Origin: Betaproteobacteria bacterium
Lineage (GTDB): Bacteria; Nitrospirota; UBA9217
Direction: 5' to 3'
NCBI GenBank assembly: GCA_050257255.1
Contig: JBLMWN010000154.1
Span: 1-37,484, forward strand
Length of the DNA: 37,484 nucleotides
A model generated the notes under the pieces. The model did no database searches and was not told where the DNA came from. It saw only the letters and a program-made list of their open reading frames with translations. How positions within the stretch are numbered: the first letter of the stretch is position 1; the number at the start of each line of letters is the position of its first letter. Positions 1 through 7,633 of this stretch are shown here, piece by piece. Made by a program: the position numbers and the translations under genes.

Positions 1-126
1 CCGCAGAAAGAGTGGGGGAACCTGTCGCACCTTCTCATTTTCCACGGAAGGGCGGTCTGTCAGGCCAAAAAACCTAATCATGCCGCGTGCGTCCTATTCA
101 GTATCTGCCCCTCAAGAAATATCTGA
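1..126 (+). CDS. nth: Endonuclease III-family (HhH-GPD) DNA glycosylase, last 41 codons only (5' end outside window)
   Basis: Frame 1 is open from the window edge to TGA at 124-126. It reads PQKEWGNLSHLLIFHGRAVCQAKKPNHAACVLFSICPSRNI. This matches the Nth C-terminal Fe-S loop HGR-x2-C-x6-C-x2-C-x5-C, except that His occupies the second ligand position. It is absent from the ORF track because there is no start codon in the window. Confidence 0.6.
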   Translation, partial: PQKEWGNLSHLLIFHGRAVCQAKKPNHAACVLFSICPSRNI

Positions 127-406
127 ACCATCTGCCCGAACCCGACGCAGAAACCGCGATCGATTCATTTCCTTCCGGGAGGATAACCGACCTGTCTGAT
201 CAACTACAATCTCAGAGATGATCGTAATTCCGGTTTTGCACGCATTGAGGGGGATGGCGATAGAGAAACACTGTTTCGGACCCGGACTATTTTATTGTCT
301 TTGGCCTTTCTTTTGTGATACAATAAAATAATTTTATTGCTCAACTGCATTCATAATCTTTTCCATCCTGCCTCAGCTGGTTTCCTTATAGAGAGGAACA
401 ACATCG

Positions 407-1240
407 ATGAATTACTGCTTTCAGCGGTCGTTATACCTGATCGTCTCATCCGGTGCCGCACTCTTGATGATGGGCGCCAGCCCGGAGAGACACAGCTCGA
501 CGAGCAGCGTAACCAGCAACACGACAAACAGCATGGCGAGCAGCGTGACAGGCAGCGTGACAAACAGAATGACGAACAGCCTGCATAGCGTGGTGACGAG
601 CAGCATAACGACCCGACCTACTGCCAGCGTTATGAGCAGGCCGACCGGCACCCCCGTAACTCTTTCACCCTATGCTGAAGAGCTCGCGAAGACCATCAAG
701 TTCGACCGACAGGTGCTCATCATGGTCAAGGAGGAGACCCACGAGCGCATCCAGCGGCTGATCGGTTATGATGAGGACGGCTACCAGATCATCGCACCGG
801 GCATCGCCGTGACCGTGCCCGAAGACAAGTCGGACTGCATCCTCTTTACGCTTCGCCGCAAACTTACGCCTCTCAAATACATGGCCTTTGTCGTGGAGAT
901 GAATGCAGCGCTCAAGGCCGACAAGATCGGCATCCTCAAAGGTACGGACAAGTACGAGATCCTCCGGATCATGCATACCGACGGCGATGAGTATGATATT
1001 TCCAACCAGGATGTGATAGACCGGCTGAAGGAGTGGGAGAAAATCGCCTCCTTTGACGTCACCGGTGCCGACAGCGACTGGGTTGAAATCGAGTTTAAAA
1101 CGCTTCCGAAGGACCTGACAGCCTTTGCCGAGGAAGTGTACGATTTCAGCCCTGATGCTGTTGACGAGGGGCCGGGCACCGTCGAAGGATTGATCAAGGA
1201 AATACAAAAGACGAAGCGGCTTTTCCTGCTCTGGGATTGA
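407..1240 (+). CDS. Hypothetical protein. Hydrophobic N-terminus, Ser/Thr/Asn-rich degenerate repeat linker, and a globular C-terminal domain resembling DUF4253
   Basis: 277-aa ORF. The C-terminal ~200 aa (LSPYAEELAKTIKF...KRLFLLWD) is non-repetitive with GC-rich wobble positions. The ...LLWD tail and size recall DUF4253 (from memory, not searched). The start is uncertain: there is an in-frame ATG at 632 and no clear SD at either start. Confidence 0.6.
   Translation: MNYCFQRSLYLIVSSGAALLMMGASPERHSSTSSVTSNTTNSMASSVTGSVTNRMTNSLHSVVTSSITTRPTASVMSRPTGTPVTLSPYAEELAKTIKFDRQVLIMVKEETHERIQRLIGYDEDGYQIIAPGIAVTVPEDKSDCILFTLRRKLTPLKYMAFVVEMNAALKADKIGILKGTDKYEILRIMHTDGDEYDISNQDVIDRLKEWEKIASFDVTGADSDWVEIEFKTLPKDLTAFAEEVYDFSPDAVDEGPGTVEGLIKEIQKTKRLFLLWD
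497..640 (+). repeat. Degenerate ~36-bp (12-codon) tandem repeat inside the 5' part of the 407..1240 ORF
   Basis: CGAGCAGCGT(A/G)AC recurs at ~499, ~535 and ~592. ACAAACAG(C/A)ATG recurs at ~524 and ~559. The peptide units are TSSVTSNTTNSM, ASSVTGSVTNRM and TSSITTRPTASVM. Three reading frames are open across it (337..588 +, 351..563 -, 421..651 -). Confidence 0.7.
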
Positions 1241-1286
1241 GAAACAGAGGAAGGATCCGTGTAAAAGTCAGTGAAGCTTCAGGACC

Positions 1287-1315
1287 AAAAAAAGCAGGCG
1301 GGGTTTCCGCCTGCT
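1287..1315 (-). terminator. Rho-independent terminator of the 1389..1625 gene
   Basis: 9-bp GC-rich stem AGCAGGCGG (1293-1301) / CCGCCTGCT (1307-1315) with a 5-nt loop. On the minus strand it is followed by a run of 7 T (plus-strand A run 1287-1293). Confidence 0.75.
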
Positions 1316-1388
1316 TGATAACCAGTTGCTGCATTCACGATAACACTTTTTCCCGCTTTGGAATAATGAATTAGCGGTATAGGAGAAA

Positions 1389-1625
1389 CTACTTTGCTTC
1401 CGGAGCTGCTGGAGCCGGAGCTGCCTCTTCTTTCTTCATCTCTTCCTTCTTAGCAGCCTTCTTCTTTGCCTTCTTAGCAGCCTTCTTCTTCTTCGCCGGA
1501 GCCTTCTCTTCTTTCTTCTCCGGAGCTGCAGGGGCCGCCTCTGGCTTCGCCGCCTCCTGTGCGAACGCTACGCCCAGGGTAAGAGCAAACGCCATTGCCG
1601 TGAAAAGAGCAATAATCTTTTTCAT
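1389..1625 (-). CDS. Small secreted Lys/Ala/Glu/Pro-rich low-complexity protein (78 aa)
   Basis: Strong SD (GGGAGGTG 7-8 nt upstream of the ATG). Sec signal peptide MKKIIALFTAMAFALTLGVAFA|QE. Dedicated terminator downstream. The mature part has no recognisable domain. Confidence 0.7.
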   Translation of the reverse strand: MKKIIALFTAMAFALTLGVAFAQEAAKPEAAPAAPEKKEEKAPAKKKKAAKKAKKKAAKKEEMKKEEAAPAPAAPEAK

Positions 1626-1798
1626 GTGATTTCACCTCCCTTCCTGAATAAGTTTAATAACTCTAACAAATTAAGAGATTGTTGTCAAGCGTATTGTCCC
1701 TCGGCGCCGGCGTGAGGCTTCGCTTTTGAACCGTTGTAAGTAAGAAAGCCGGGCTTCAAACACCGTTTAACGACAAACCTTGTGAAATCAGTCATTTC

Positions 1799-1827
1799 TT
1801 GACAAACAGGAGGGATTCAGTTAGATT
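1799..1827 (+). promoter_or_regulatory. Sigma-70-like promoter upstream of the lipoprotein/kinase/regulator/copZ block
   Basis: TTGACA (1799-1804), 17-nt spacer, TAGATT (1822-1827), 32 nt upstream of the ATG at 1859. Confidence 0.45.
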
Positions 1828-1858
1828 TATTTGTGGTTATCGCCGAAGAGGAAAGATC

Positions 1859-2257
1859 ATGAAAAAACATTCTTTGGTAGTACTGAGTGCGGTAATTGCC
1901 GTTACGATGCTGTTTGGGTGCTCGAAAGGATACGAATCCCGGAAAAGCGCTGAAGAACTCAGCGTAACACTTTCTGTCGAGCGCTATCCGCTCGTGAAGG
2001 GCGATAACGCGCTGACTGTAAAGGTAAAAGACGCCTCCGGAAAAGTGGTCACCGACGGCACCGTGAATGTGCATTACTTTATGCCTCCCATGCCGGGGAT
2101 GGCGCCGATGGACTATAATACTCAGGCTATGCTCAAAGGTGACGCCTACGTGTTCTCAGCCAACATTCCTATGGAAGGCGGATGGAAGGTCGAGGTCTCC
2201 GTTGCTCGACCTGGCAAGCAAGCTGCTACGGCTACATTCAATATCGATGCCCGATAG
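1859..2257 (+). CDS. Met-rich lipoprotein with YtkA/FixH-like domain
   Basis: The internal ATG at 1859 is preceded by AGAGGAAAG. Lipoprotein signal MKKHSLVVLSAVIAVTMLFG|C. The body (LSVERYPLVKGDNALTVKVKDASGKVV...NVHYFMPPMPGMAPMDY...GDAYVFSANIPMEGGWKVEVSV) fits the YtkA-like/FixH beta-sandwich pattern with an MxxM-type loop. The track ORF start at 1799 is the TTG of the -35 box. Confidence 0.65.
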   Translation: MKKHSLVVLSAVIAVTMLFGCSKGYESRKSAEELSVTLSVERYPLVKGDNALTVKVKDASGKVVTDGTVNVHYFMPPMPGMAPMDYNTQAMLKGDAYVFSANIPMEGGWKVEVSVARPGKQAATATFNIDAR

Positions 2258-2327
2258 GCGCCAGCCGGCAGCCGGCGTTCAGTAAAACTGGGGCCGAATA
2301 CGGCGTTCCGGCTTCTGCCGTCCAAGT

Positions 2328-3431
2328 ATGATCAAATCAACCTTCAGGCGCATCAAGGGACTCAGAGCTTATGTGCTCGCAGGCCTCCTCGCGATCATCT
2401 CGCTCATCCACTATCTTGTCGGCGGGGCGCAGGCGGGTATCCTCCATGGGCTCCTCGGCCATCTGTATATCGTTCCGATAATCCTCGGAGCCTACTGGTA
2501 CGGTATCAAAGGTGGTGTATCGGTTTCGATATTGTCGACCGTGCTGTTTTCGCCGCACCTGTTCCTGCACTGGCGCGATCCGTTCTTGGATGTCTACAAT
2601 TATGTCGAGTTGTTCCTCTTTCTTCTGATTGGCGGCGTGACCGGCGTGTTGAGCCAGATGGAACGTAACCAGCGTATGCGGTATGAAGAGGCGTTACGGC
2701 GGCTCGATGATTCCCACCGGAAGTTGAGAGAGCAGACGGACATTCTGTTCCAGACGGAAGAGCAGTTGAGGCGCGCCGACCGTCTGTCGGCGCTCGGTGC
2801 GCTTTCGGCCAGCATGGCCCATGAGATTCGCAACCCCTTGGGCTCCATCAAGGGTGCTGTCGAGATACTGAAAGACGGCTACTCGCCCAATGACGCGAAG
2901 TACGAGTTCATCCAGATCCTGCTCAAGGAAACGGACCGGCTGAACAATATTGTGCAGGAGTTCCTCGGCTTCGCCAGACCCAAGCAGCCCGAGTTCCGCG
3001 AGGCGGACCTGAACGACGCCATCGAGTCCGTTCTCACGCTCACGGCACAGGAAGCAAAAAAATCGGGCGTCAGCATCGACAAAAAACTCGATCCGGCCAT
3101 TGGCAGGCGCAGCCTTGATGCGGGGCTGCTGAAGCAGGCTTTTTTGAACCTGATTCTGAACGCAATCCAGGCGATGCCAGGCGGCGGCGTGCTGACCGTA
3201 GAGAGTCATCTCAATAGTGATTCGATTGAGGTGAAGATAGCGGACACCGGTGTCGGGATATCGGGAGAAAACCGGAAGAAGCTTTTCAGTCCTTTCTTCA
3301 CGACCAAGAAGAACGGGACAGGGCTCGGCCTTGCGATCACCTACCGGATTATCGAAAACCACCGGGGCAGGATCGACGTCGCAAGCGAACCGGGAAAGGG
3401 AGCGACGTTCACGGTGAGAATCCCGATATGA
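2328..3431 (+). CDS. Sensor histidine kinase with a membrane-embedded N-terminus (NtrB/AtoS-like HisKA plus HATPase_c)
   Basis: H-box SASMAHEIRNPLGSI, N-box LNLILNAIQAM, G1 DTGVGI, G2 GTGLGLAI. About 110 aa of hydrophobic segments at the N-terminus with no large periplasmic loop. Confidence 0.9.
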   Translation: MIKSTFRRIKGLRAYVLAGLLAIISLIHYLVGGAQAGILHGLLGHLYIVPIILGAYWYGIKGGVSVSILSTVLFSPHLFLHWRDPFLDVYNYVELFLFLLIGGVTGVLSQMERNQRMRYEEALRRLDDSHRKLREQTDILFQTEEQLRRADRLSALGALSASMAHEIRNPLGSIKGAVEILKDGYSPNDAKYEFIQILLKETDRLNNIVQEFLGFARPKQPEFREADLNDAIESVLTLTAQEAKKSGVSIDKKLDPAIGRRSLDAGLLKQAFLNLILNAIQAMPGGGVLTVESHLNSDSIEVKIADTGVGISGENRKKLFSPFFTTKKNGTGLGLAITYRIIENHRGRIDVASEPGKGATFTVRIPI

Positions 3432-3623
3432 CAAAGCAGTTTGCCGCCAAGGACGCAGAGGAAAGTGTCATAACTATGTCGGACGCATATTGACGCTGAA
3501 AAGTAGGATTTAAAGCTTGCATGTGAACGTTTAGAATTTTAATCTGCGTTTATCTGAGAGAATCTGCGGCAGGGACTGTCCTTAGATTTTCTCTACGTCC
3601 CCCTGCGGTGAGAATTAATTGAA

Positions 3624-4976
3624 ATGAAAAAATCTTACATCCTTCTCATAGATGATGACGACAGCCTGCGCCGGGTCATGGAGTTCAGCCTGGCCGAAGC
3701 GGGATACCGCGTGCAAACCGCGACGAGCGGCGAAGAAGGCCTGCGCCTCTCCGAGAAGGACTCCTTTGACGCCGTGGTCACGGACATCACCATGCCGGGT
3801 CTGAGCGGGATGGAGGTCCTGGCCAGGATCCATGAGAGGGACGCCAATCTGCCTGTCATCATGATCACAGCCTACGGCACGATCGAAAACGCAGTGCAGG
3901 CAATGAAACAGGGAGCCTTCGATTACATCACCAAGCCCTTTAACCGGGACGAACTCCGGCTCACGCTGGGAAAGGCGCTCAGGATGCGGCGGCTCGAAAA
4001 GGAGAACGTCGAGCTCAGGGCCGAGGTCACGGACCGTTACCGCTTCGAGAACATCGTGGGCAGCAGCGAAAAGATCAAGGAAGTGCTCGACCTGGCCGGG
4101 CGGGTTGCTGCGAGCGACGCGACGGTGCTCATCACCGGTGAAAGCGGGACAGGCAAGGAGCTCCTTGCCAAAGGCATTCACTATAACAGCAAGCGGGCCG
4201 ACGGCCCTTTGGTGGCGGTGAACTGCGCCGCGATCCCCGAGAACTTGATCGAGAGCGAACTTTTCGGCCACATGAAGGGCTCTTTTACCGGCGCCGTCAG
4301 GGATAAAGAAGGAAAGTTCGAGCTTGCCGATGGCGGGACGCTGTTCCTGGACGAAATCGGAGACCTGCGTGTTGACCTGCAGGCCAAAATCCTCCGTGCG
4401 CTCCAGGAGCGCCAGGTGGAACGCGTGGGCGGCAGCAAACTCATCCCCGTGGACGTGCGCGTCATCGCGGCCACGAACCGGGATATCGAGCACGATGTCA
4501 AGGAAGGGAAGTTCCGCGAGGACTTGTACTACCGTTTGAGTGTGATAACGCTGCGGATGCCGGCGTTGCGCGAGCGCAAGGACGATATTCCGCTGCTCGT
4601 GAACCACTTTCTCAGGAAGTTCAACAGGGAAACCGAAGTGGCAATCGTGGCCGAAGCGCTCGCGGCGCTCAGGGCATTTGGCTGGCCGGGGAATGTGCGA
4701 GAACTAGAGAATGTCATCGAACGGGCGTCGGTGCTCAAGCGCGGCAACGTTGTCACGCTCGCTGATTTGCCGGAGAAACTGAGGAAAGAGGCGGGAGGGC
4801 TCGAGAATATTATTTTAAACCTGCCGGACGAGGGGATTGCGCTCGAAGACCTCGAGAGGAGTCTAATCGTCAAGGCCTTGGAAAAGCATAAGGGGAACCA
4901 GACTCACGCCGCCGAATACCTCGGTATCACGAGACCGACGCTCATTTACCGGATGGAAAAATACGGCCTGAAATAA
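3624..4976 (+). CDS. Sigma-54-dependent response regulator (NtrC family: REC, AAA+, Fis-type HTH)
   Basis: REC domain with DDDD...D(54)ITMPG. Walker A GESGTGKE, GAFTGA-type loop GSFTGA, Walker B LFLDEI, R-finger region, C-terminal HTH NQTHAAEYLGITRPTLIYRMEKYGL. Confidence 0.95.
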   Translation: MKKSYILLIDDDDSLRRVMEFSLAEAGYRVQTATSGEEGLRLSEKDSFDAVVTDITMPGLSGMEVLARIHERDANLPVIMITAYGTIENAVQAMKQGAFDYITKPFNRDELRLTLGKALRMRRLEKENVELRAEVTDRYRFENIVGSSEKIKEVLDLAGRVAASDATVLITGESGTGKELLAKGIHYNSKRADGPLVAVNCAAIPENLIESELFGHMKGSFTGAVRDKEGKFELADGGTLFLDEIGDLRVDLQAKILRALQERQVERVGGSKLIPVDVRVIAATNRDIEHDVKEGKFREDLYYRLSVITLRMPALRERKDDIPLLVNHFLRKFNRETEVAIVAEALAALRAFGWPGNVRELENVIERASVLKRGNVVTLADLPEKLRKEAGGLENIILNLPDEGIALEDLERSLIVKALEKHKGNQTHAAEYLGITRPTLIYRMEKYGLK

Positions 4977-5085
4977 ATTGATGCTCGATATATGATTCAC
5001 GATGCAGCAGGGGTGCCTTCACTTCCCTGACAAATCGTGCATTACCTATTGTGCATCATGAATCGTATCATAAAAGGAGGAAGGT

Positions 5086-5292
5086 ATGGTAACAAAGACA
5101 CTTAAGATACAGGGAATGACCTGCAATCACTGCGTAATGCGGGTTGCAAAGGCTCTCATGGCAGTACCCGGCGTGCAGGACGCGAAAGTGGACCTTCAGA
5201 AGGCTGAGGCGGCAGTCACGTATGACGACTCGGAAGTAACGACGGACAAACTTTCGGTCGCCGTGGTGGAAGCCGGCTACAAGATTGTATAG
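5086..5292 (+). CDS. copZ: Heavy-metal-associated (HMA) domain metallochaperone
   Basis: 68 aa with strong SD AAAGGAGGAAGG, GMTCNHC metal-binding motif and a ferredoxin-like HMA fold pattern. Confidence 0.85.
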   Translation: MVTKTLKIQGMTCNHCVMRVAKALMAVPGVQDAKVDLQKAEAAVTYDDSEVTTDKLSVAVVEAGYKIV

Positions 5293-5328
5293 GAGATTTC
5301 AGACATAATTCCCGAATCAGCTCGATAA

Positions 5329-5370
5329 GCCCTTCGTATGCAAGCATGAAAAAACGAAGGGCCTTGCTTT
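5329..5370 (+). terminator. Possible terminator after copZ
   Basis: 9-bp stem GCCCTTCGT (5329-5337) / ACGAAGGGC (5354-5362) with a 16-nt loop holding an ATGC..GCAT mini-stem. It is followed by CTTGCTTTC. The loop is long and the T tract weak. Confidence 0.4.
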
Positions 5371-5470
5371 CAGCACGAGAGGTCGTGTATGTCGCGTGAA
5401 TGAGCAGGGAGAGAAAGGAACTTCTGCGGTATCCTGTTCCTCCACTCGCGGATTTTTCTCCCCGGGTAGC

Positions 5471-5499
5471 TTGACAACCAAGGTATCCGTCAGTATAAT
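5471..5499 (+). promoter_or_regulatory. Consensus sigma-70 promoter for the aldolase gene
   Basis: TTGACA (5471-5476), exactly 17 nt, TATAAT (5494-5499). Both hexamers are perfect consensus, ~50 nt upstream of the start codon. Confidence 0.65.
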
Positions 5500-5550
5500 T
5501 CCAGCGTGTTGTAAACACCGGTCGTTAATATTAATTTGATGGAGGGACTC

Positions 5551-6630
5551 ATGGCCAAGTCGCTGCGGGATCTGATGCCGGTTAATGCAAGGAAAAAACT
5601 GGGGAGCGCGAGCACGTTGAAAGTGCTGTCCTCTCACGATGTCTTCCGGGTGCTGAAAGAAGACAGGGTGATCATCATGGCATGCAACACCAGGATCAAG
5701 CATGTGATCCCCGGGATCATGCGTGCGGCCCAGGACCTGGACGCTGTCGTGTGCTATGAGCTCGCCAAGAGCGAGAGTGACCTGAAGGGCGGATACACGG
5801 GCATGACCCCGTCCCAGTACGCGGACGCCGTATTCGGCTATGCCGAGGCCGTGAAGCTGACCAAGCCGTTTTTCATCCACGGCGACCACGTGACGACCAA
5901 GAGCCCGGATCCGGCGGTTGTGGGCGCGTCCGGCGACCTGGTCAAGGCGCAGCTCGAGGCTGGCTACACATCGGTGGCGATCGATGCATCGTTCAACGAA
6001 ACCAACGACAACATCAAGATCAGCGCCGAATTGGGGAAAATGGTGCTTAACGCGGGGGCCGGGCTTGAGGCTGAGGTGGGCGAGATCAAGTCGACGAAGG
6101 AGGGCGGCGAGATTACGACCGTGGAGGAGGCGGTGGAGTTTATCGAGGGCATGGAAAAGGCCGGCGTGCATATGGACCTTCTGGCGACCAATAACGGCTC
6201 GAAGCACGGGAACTACAAGCCCGGTGAAGAGGTGCACATCGAACTCAAGCGCACGGGCGACATCTACAACGCAATCAAGAAGTGGGGAGTCTGCATTGCG
6301 CAGCACGGCATCACGGGCACGCCGCTCGATCTGGTGGGCCAGTTCGCCGATTACGGGATCAGAAAAGGCAACGTGGGAACCAACTGGCAGAACATAGCGC
6401 ACGACTGTCTTCCTGCCGACCTCATGAGCAAGATGCGCGAATGGGCGAAGAAAGAAAATAAAGACATCAAGTTCGCGACCAAGCAGTTCCTGTCCGATAT
6501 TAATTCGATCCCCATGGACTGCGTGAAAAAGACCGAAGAAACAGCGTACAAGTCTGCCGTTGAGTTTATCACCGCGTTCCGCGCAAAAGGCACTGCGTCG
6601 CTCGTGGAAAAACAGCTGCTGGCCGGTTAA
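5551..6630 (+). CDS. Class II (metal-dependent) fructose/ketose-bisphosphate aldolase family protein
   Basis: Motifs FIHGDHV, AIDASF, EAEVGEI, NNGSKHGNY and AQHGITGTP match the F_bP_aldolase class II catalytic and metal ligands. The ATG at 5551 is preferred over the track's TTG at 5536 because GGAGGG (5541-5546) lies 4-5 nt upstream of it. Confidence 0.85.
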   Translation: MAKSLRDLMPVNARKKLGSASTLKVLSSHDVFRVLKEDRVIIMACNTRIKHVIPGIMRAAQDLDAVVCYELAKSESDLKGGYTGMTPSQYADAVFGYAEAVKLTKPFFIHGDHVTTKSPDPAVVGASGDLVKAQLEAGYTSVAIDASFNETNDNIKISAELGKMVLNAGAGLEAEVGEIKSTKEGGEITTVEEAVEFIEGMEKAGVHMDLLATNNGSKHGNYKPGEEVHIELKRTGDIYNAIKKWGVCIAQHGITGTPLDLVGQFADYGIRKGNVGTNWQNIAHDCLPADLMSKMREWAKKENKDIKFATKQFLSDINSIPMDCVKKTEETAYKSAVEFITAFRAKGTASLVEKQLLAG

Positions 6631-6793
6631 CATTCTTTTTTAAGCCGCTATTTGACGGGATCATCAACAACAGGCGCTTCTTGCGCGGCACAGACGATGC
6701 TGATGGTTCTCGGCTCCACGAGGAGACGGTATTATCTGTGTCGCTTCTTGTTTGCTCTGGTCCTGACCCCAGCCGAAAAATGAGAGGCAGCAG

Positions 6794-7552
6794 ATGGATC
6801 AGCCGACGAAGTGGAAAGTCCTATTCGCGAAAAGATTCAGGCGGCAGCTCCCCCTGGACATTGACCACTGCTCGCCGATTGCGCTCCGGACAATAATCCT
6901 CGATGTACATACTCCCGCTGCCATCCTCGACCGCATCGCCCAGGCTTACTGCGATGATGAAGAAATTCTGCGCGACCTCGTCCGCTGCCCCAACCTGGAC
7001 GAGACAACGCTCGCGTTCATTGCCTTGACGGCTTCGGAGGAGATGAAAACCTTCGTGGCCGGCACCCGGGTTGTTGATGTGGTGATGGGAGAAGCGTCCG
7101 GCGATGAGAAGGCCGAGGGAGACAGGAAAAAACTCAATATCCAGCAGCTCATTCAGAAAATGAGCCCTGCCCAGAAGATCAAGCTCGCTGTGTCCGGGGC
7201 GAAGGAGGCGCGGGGGCTGCTGATCCGGGAGGCGAGCAAGGTCATTGCCACATCGGTGCTGGAAAATCCGCGGATCACGACCGGCGAGATAGAGTTTTTT
7301 GCCAAATCAACGAATCTGAGCGAGGACGTCATCCGCAAGATCGGGACTAACACCGAATGGACAAGAAAAAATACTGTTGTCTCAGCCCTGGTGAACAATC
7401 CCAAGACTCCGGTCGGCATTTCCCTCGGATTCATCAACCGGTTGAATGATCGTGAGCTCGGTCTTCTTGAAAAGAGCCGCAATATTCCGGCGCCCGTCAG
7501 AAGAGCGGCCCAGGGCCTGCTTGCAAAGAAAAAGCTAGGCCTAAAAAAGTAG
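6794..7552 (+). CDS. Hypothetical protein with HEAT/leucine-rich-variant-like helical repeats
   Basis: 252-aa ORF with an SD-like GAGAGG. It has repeated motifs of the type xNP(R/K)(I/T)(T/P)xxxIxF (VLENPRITTGEIEFF, LVNNPKTPVGISLGF, VRCPNLDETTLAF). No catalytic motif was recognised. Confidence 0.6.
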   Translation: MDQPTKWKVLFAKRFRRQLPLDIDHCSPIALRTIILDVHTPAAILDRIAQAYCDDEEILRDLVRCPNLDETTLAFIALTASEEMKTFVAGTRVVDVVMGEASGDEKAEGDRKKLNIQQLIQKMSPAQKIKLAVSGAKEARGLLIREASKVIATSVLENPRITTGEIEFFAKSTNLSEDVIRKIGTNTEWTRKNTVVSALVNNPKTPVGISLGFINRLNDRELGLLEKSRNIPAPVRRAAQGLLAKKKLGLKK

Positions 7553-7633
7553 ACCCCGGATCTGCATGCTCCTTCCGACAGTCATGCTATACGAACCGCG
7601 TTCTCCCCAATACACAGTATCCGAGGTATCGTG

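Noticed and set aside
3615-4607. 330-aa minus-strand ORF antisense to the sigma-54 regulator
   Set aside because: It is a shadow ORF. The plus frame has complete REC, AAA+ and HTH motifs.
5037-5056. Possible sigma-54 (-24/-12) promoter upstream of copZ: GTGCAT repeated 14 nt apart
   Set aside because: Neither copy matches TGGCAC or TTGCA, and the GG-to-GC spacing is wrong. I found no convincing GG-N10-GC promoter in any spacer of the window, so the target of the NtrC-type regulator is unknown.
5317-6633. 438-aa minus-strand ORF covering the whole aldolase gene
   Set aside because: It is a shadow ORF of a GC-rich gene. The product is Arg/His/Leu-rich with no motifs, while the plus-strand frame carries clear class II aldolase motifs plus a consensus promoter and SD.
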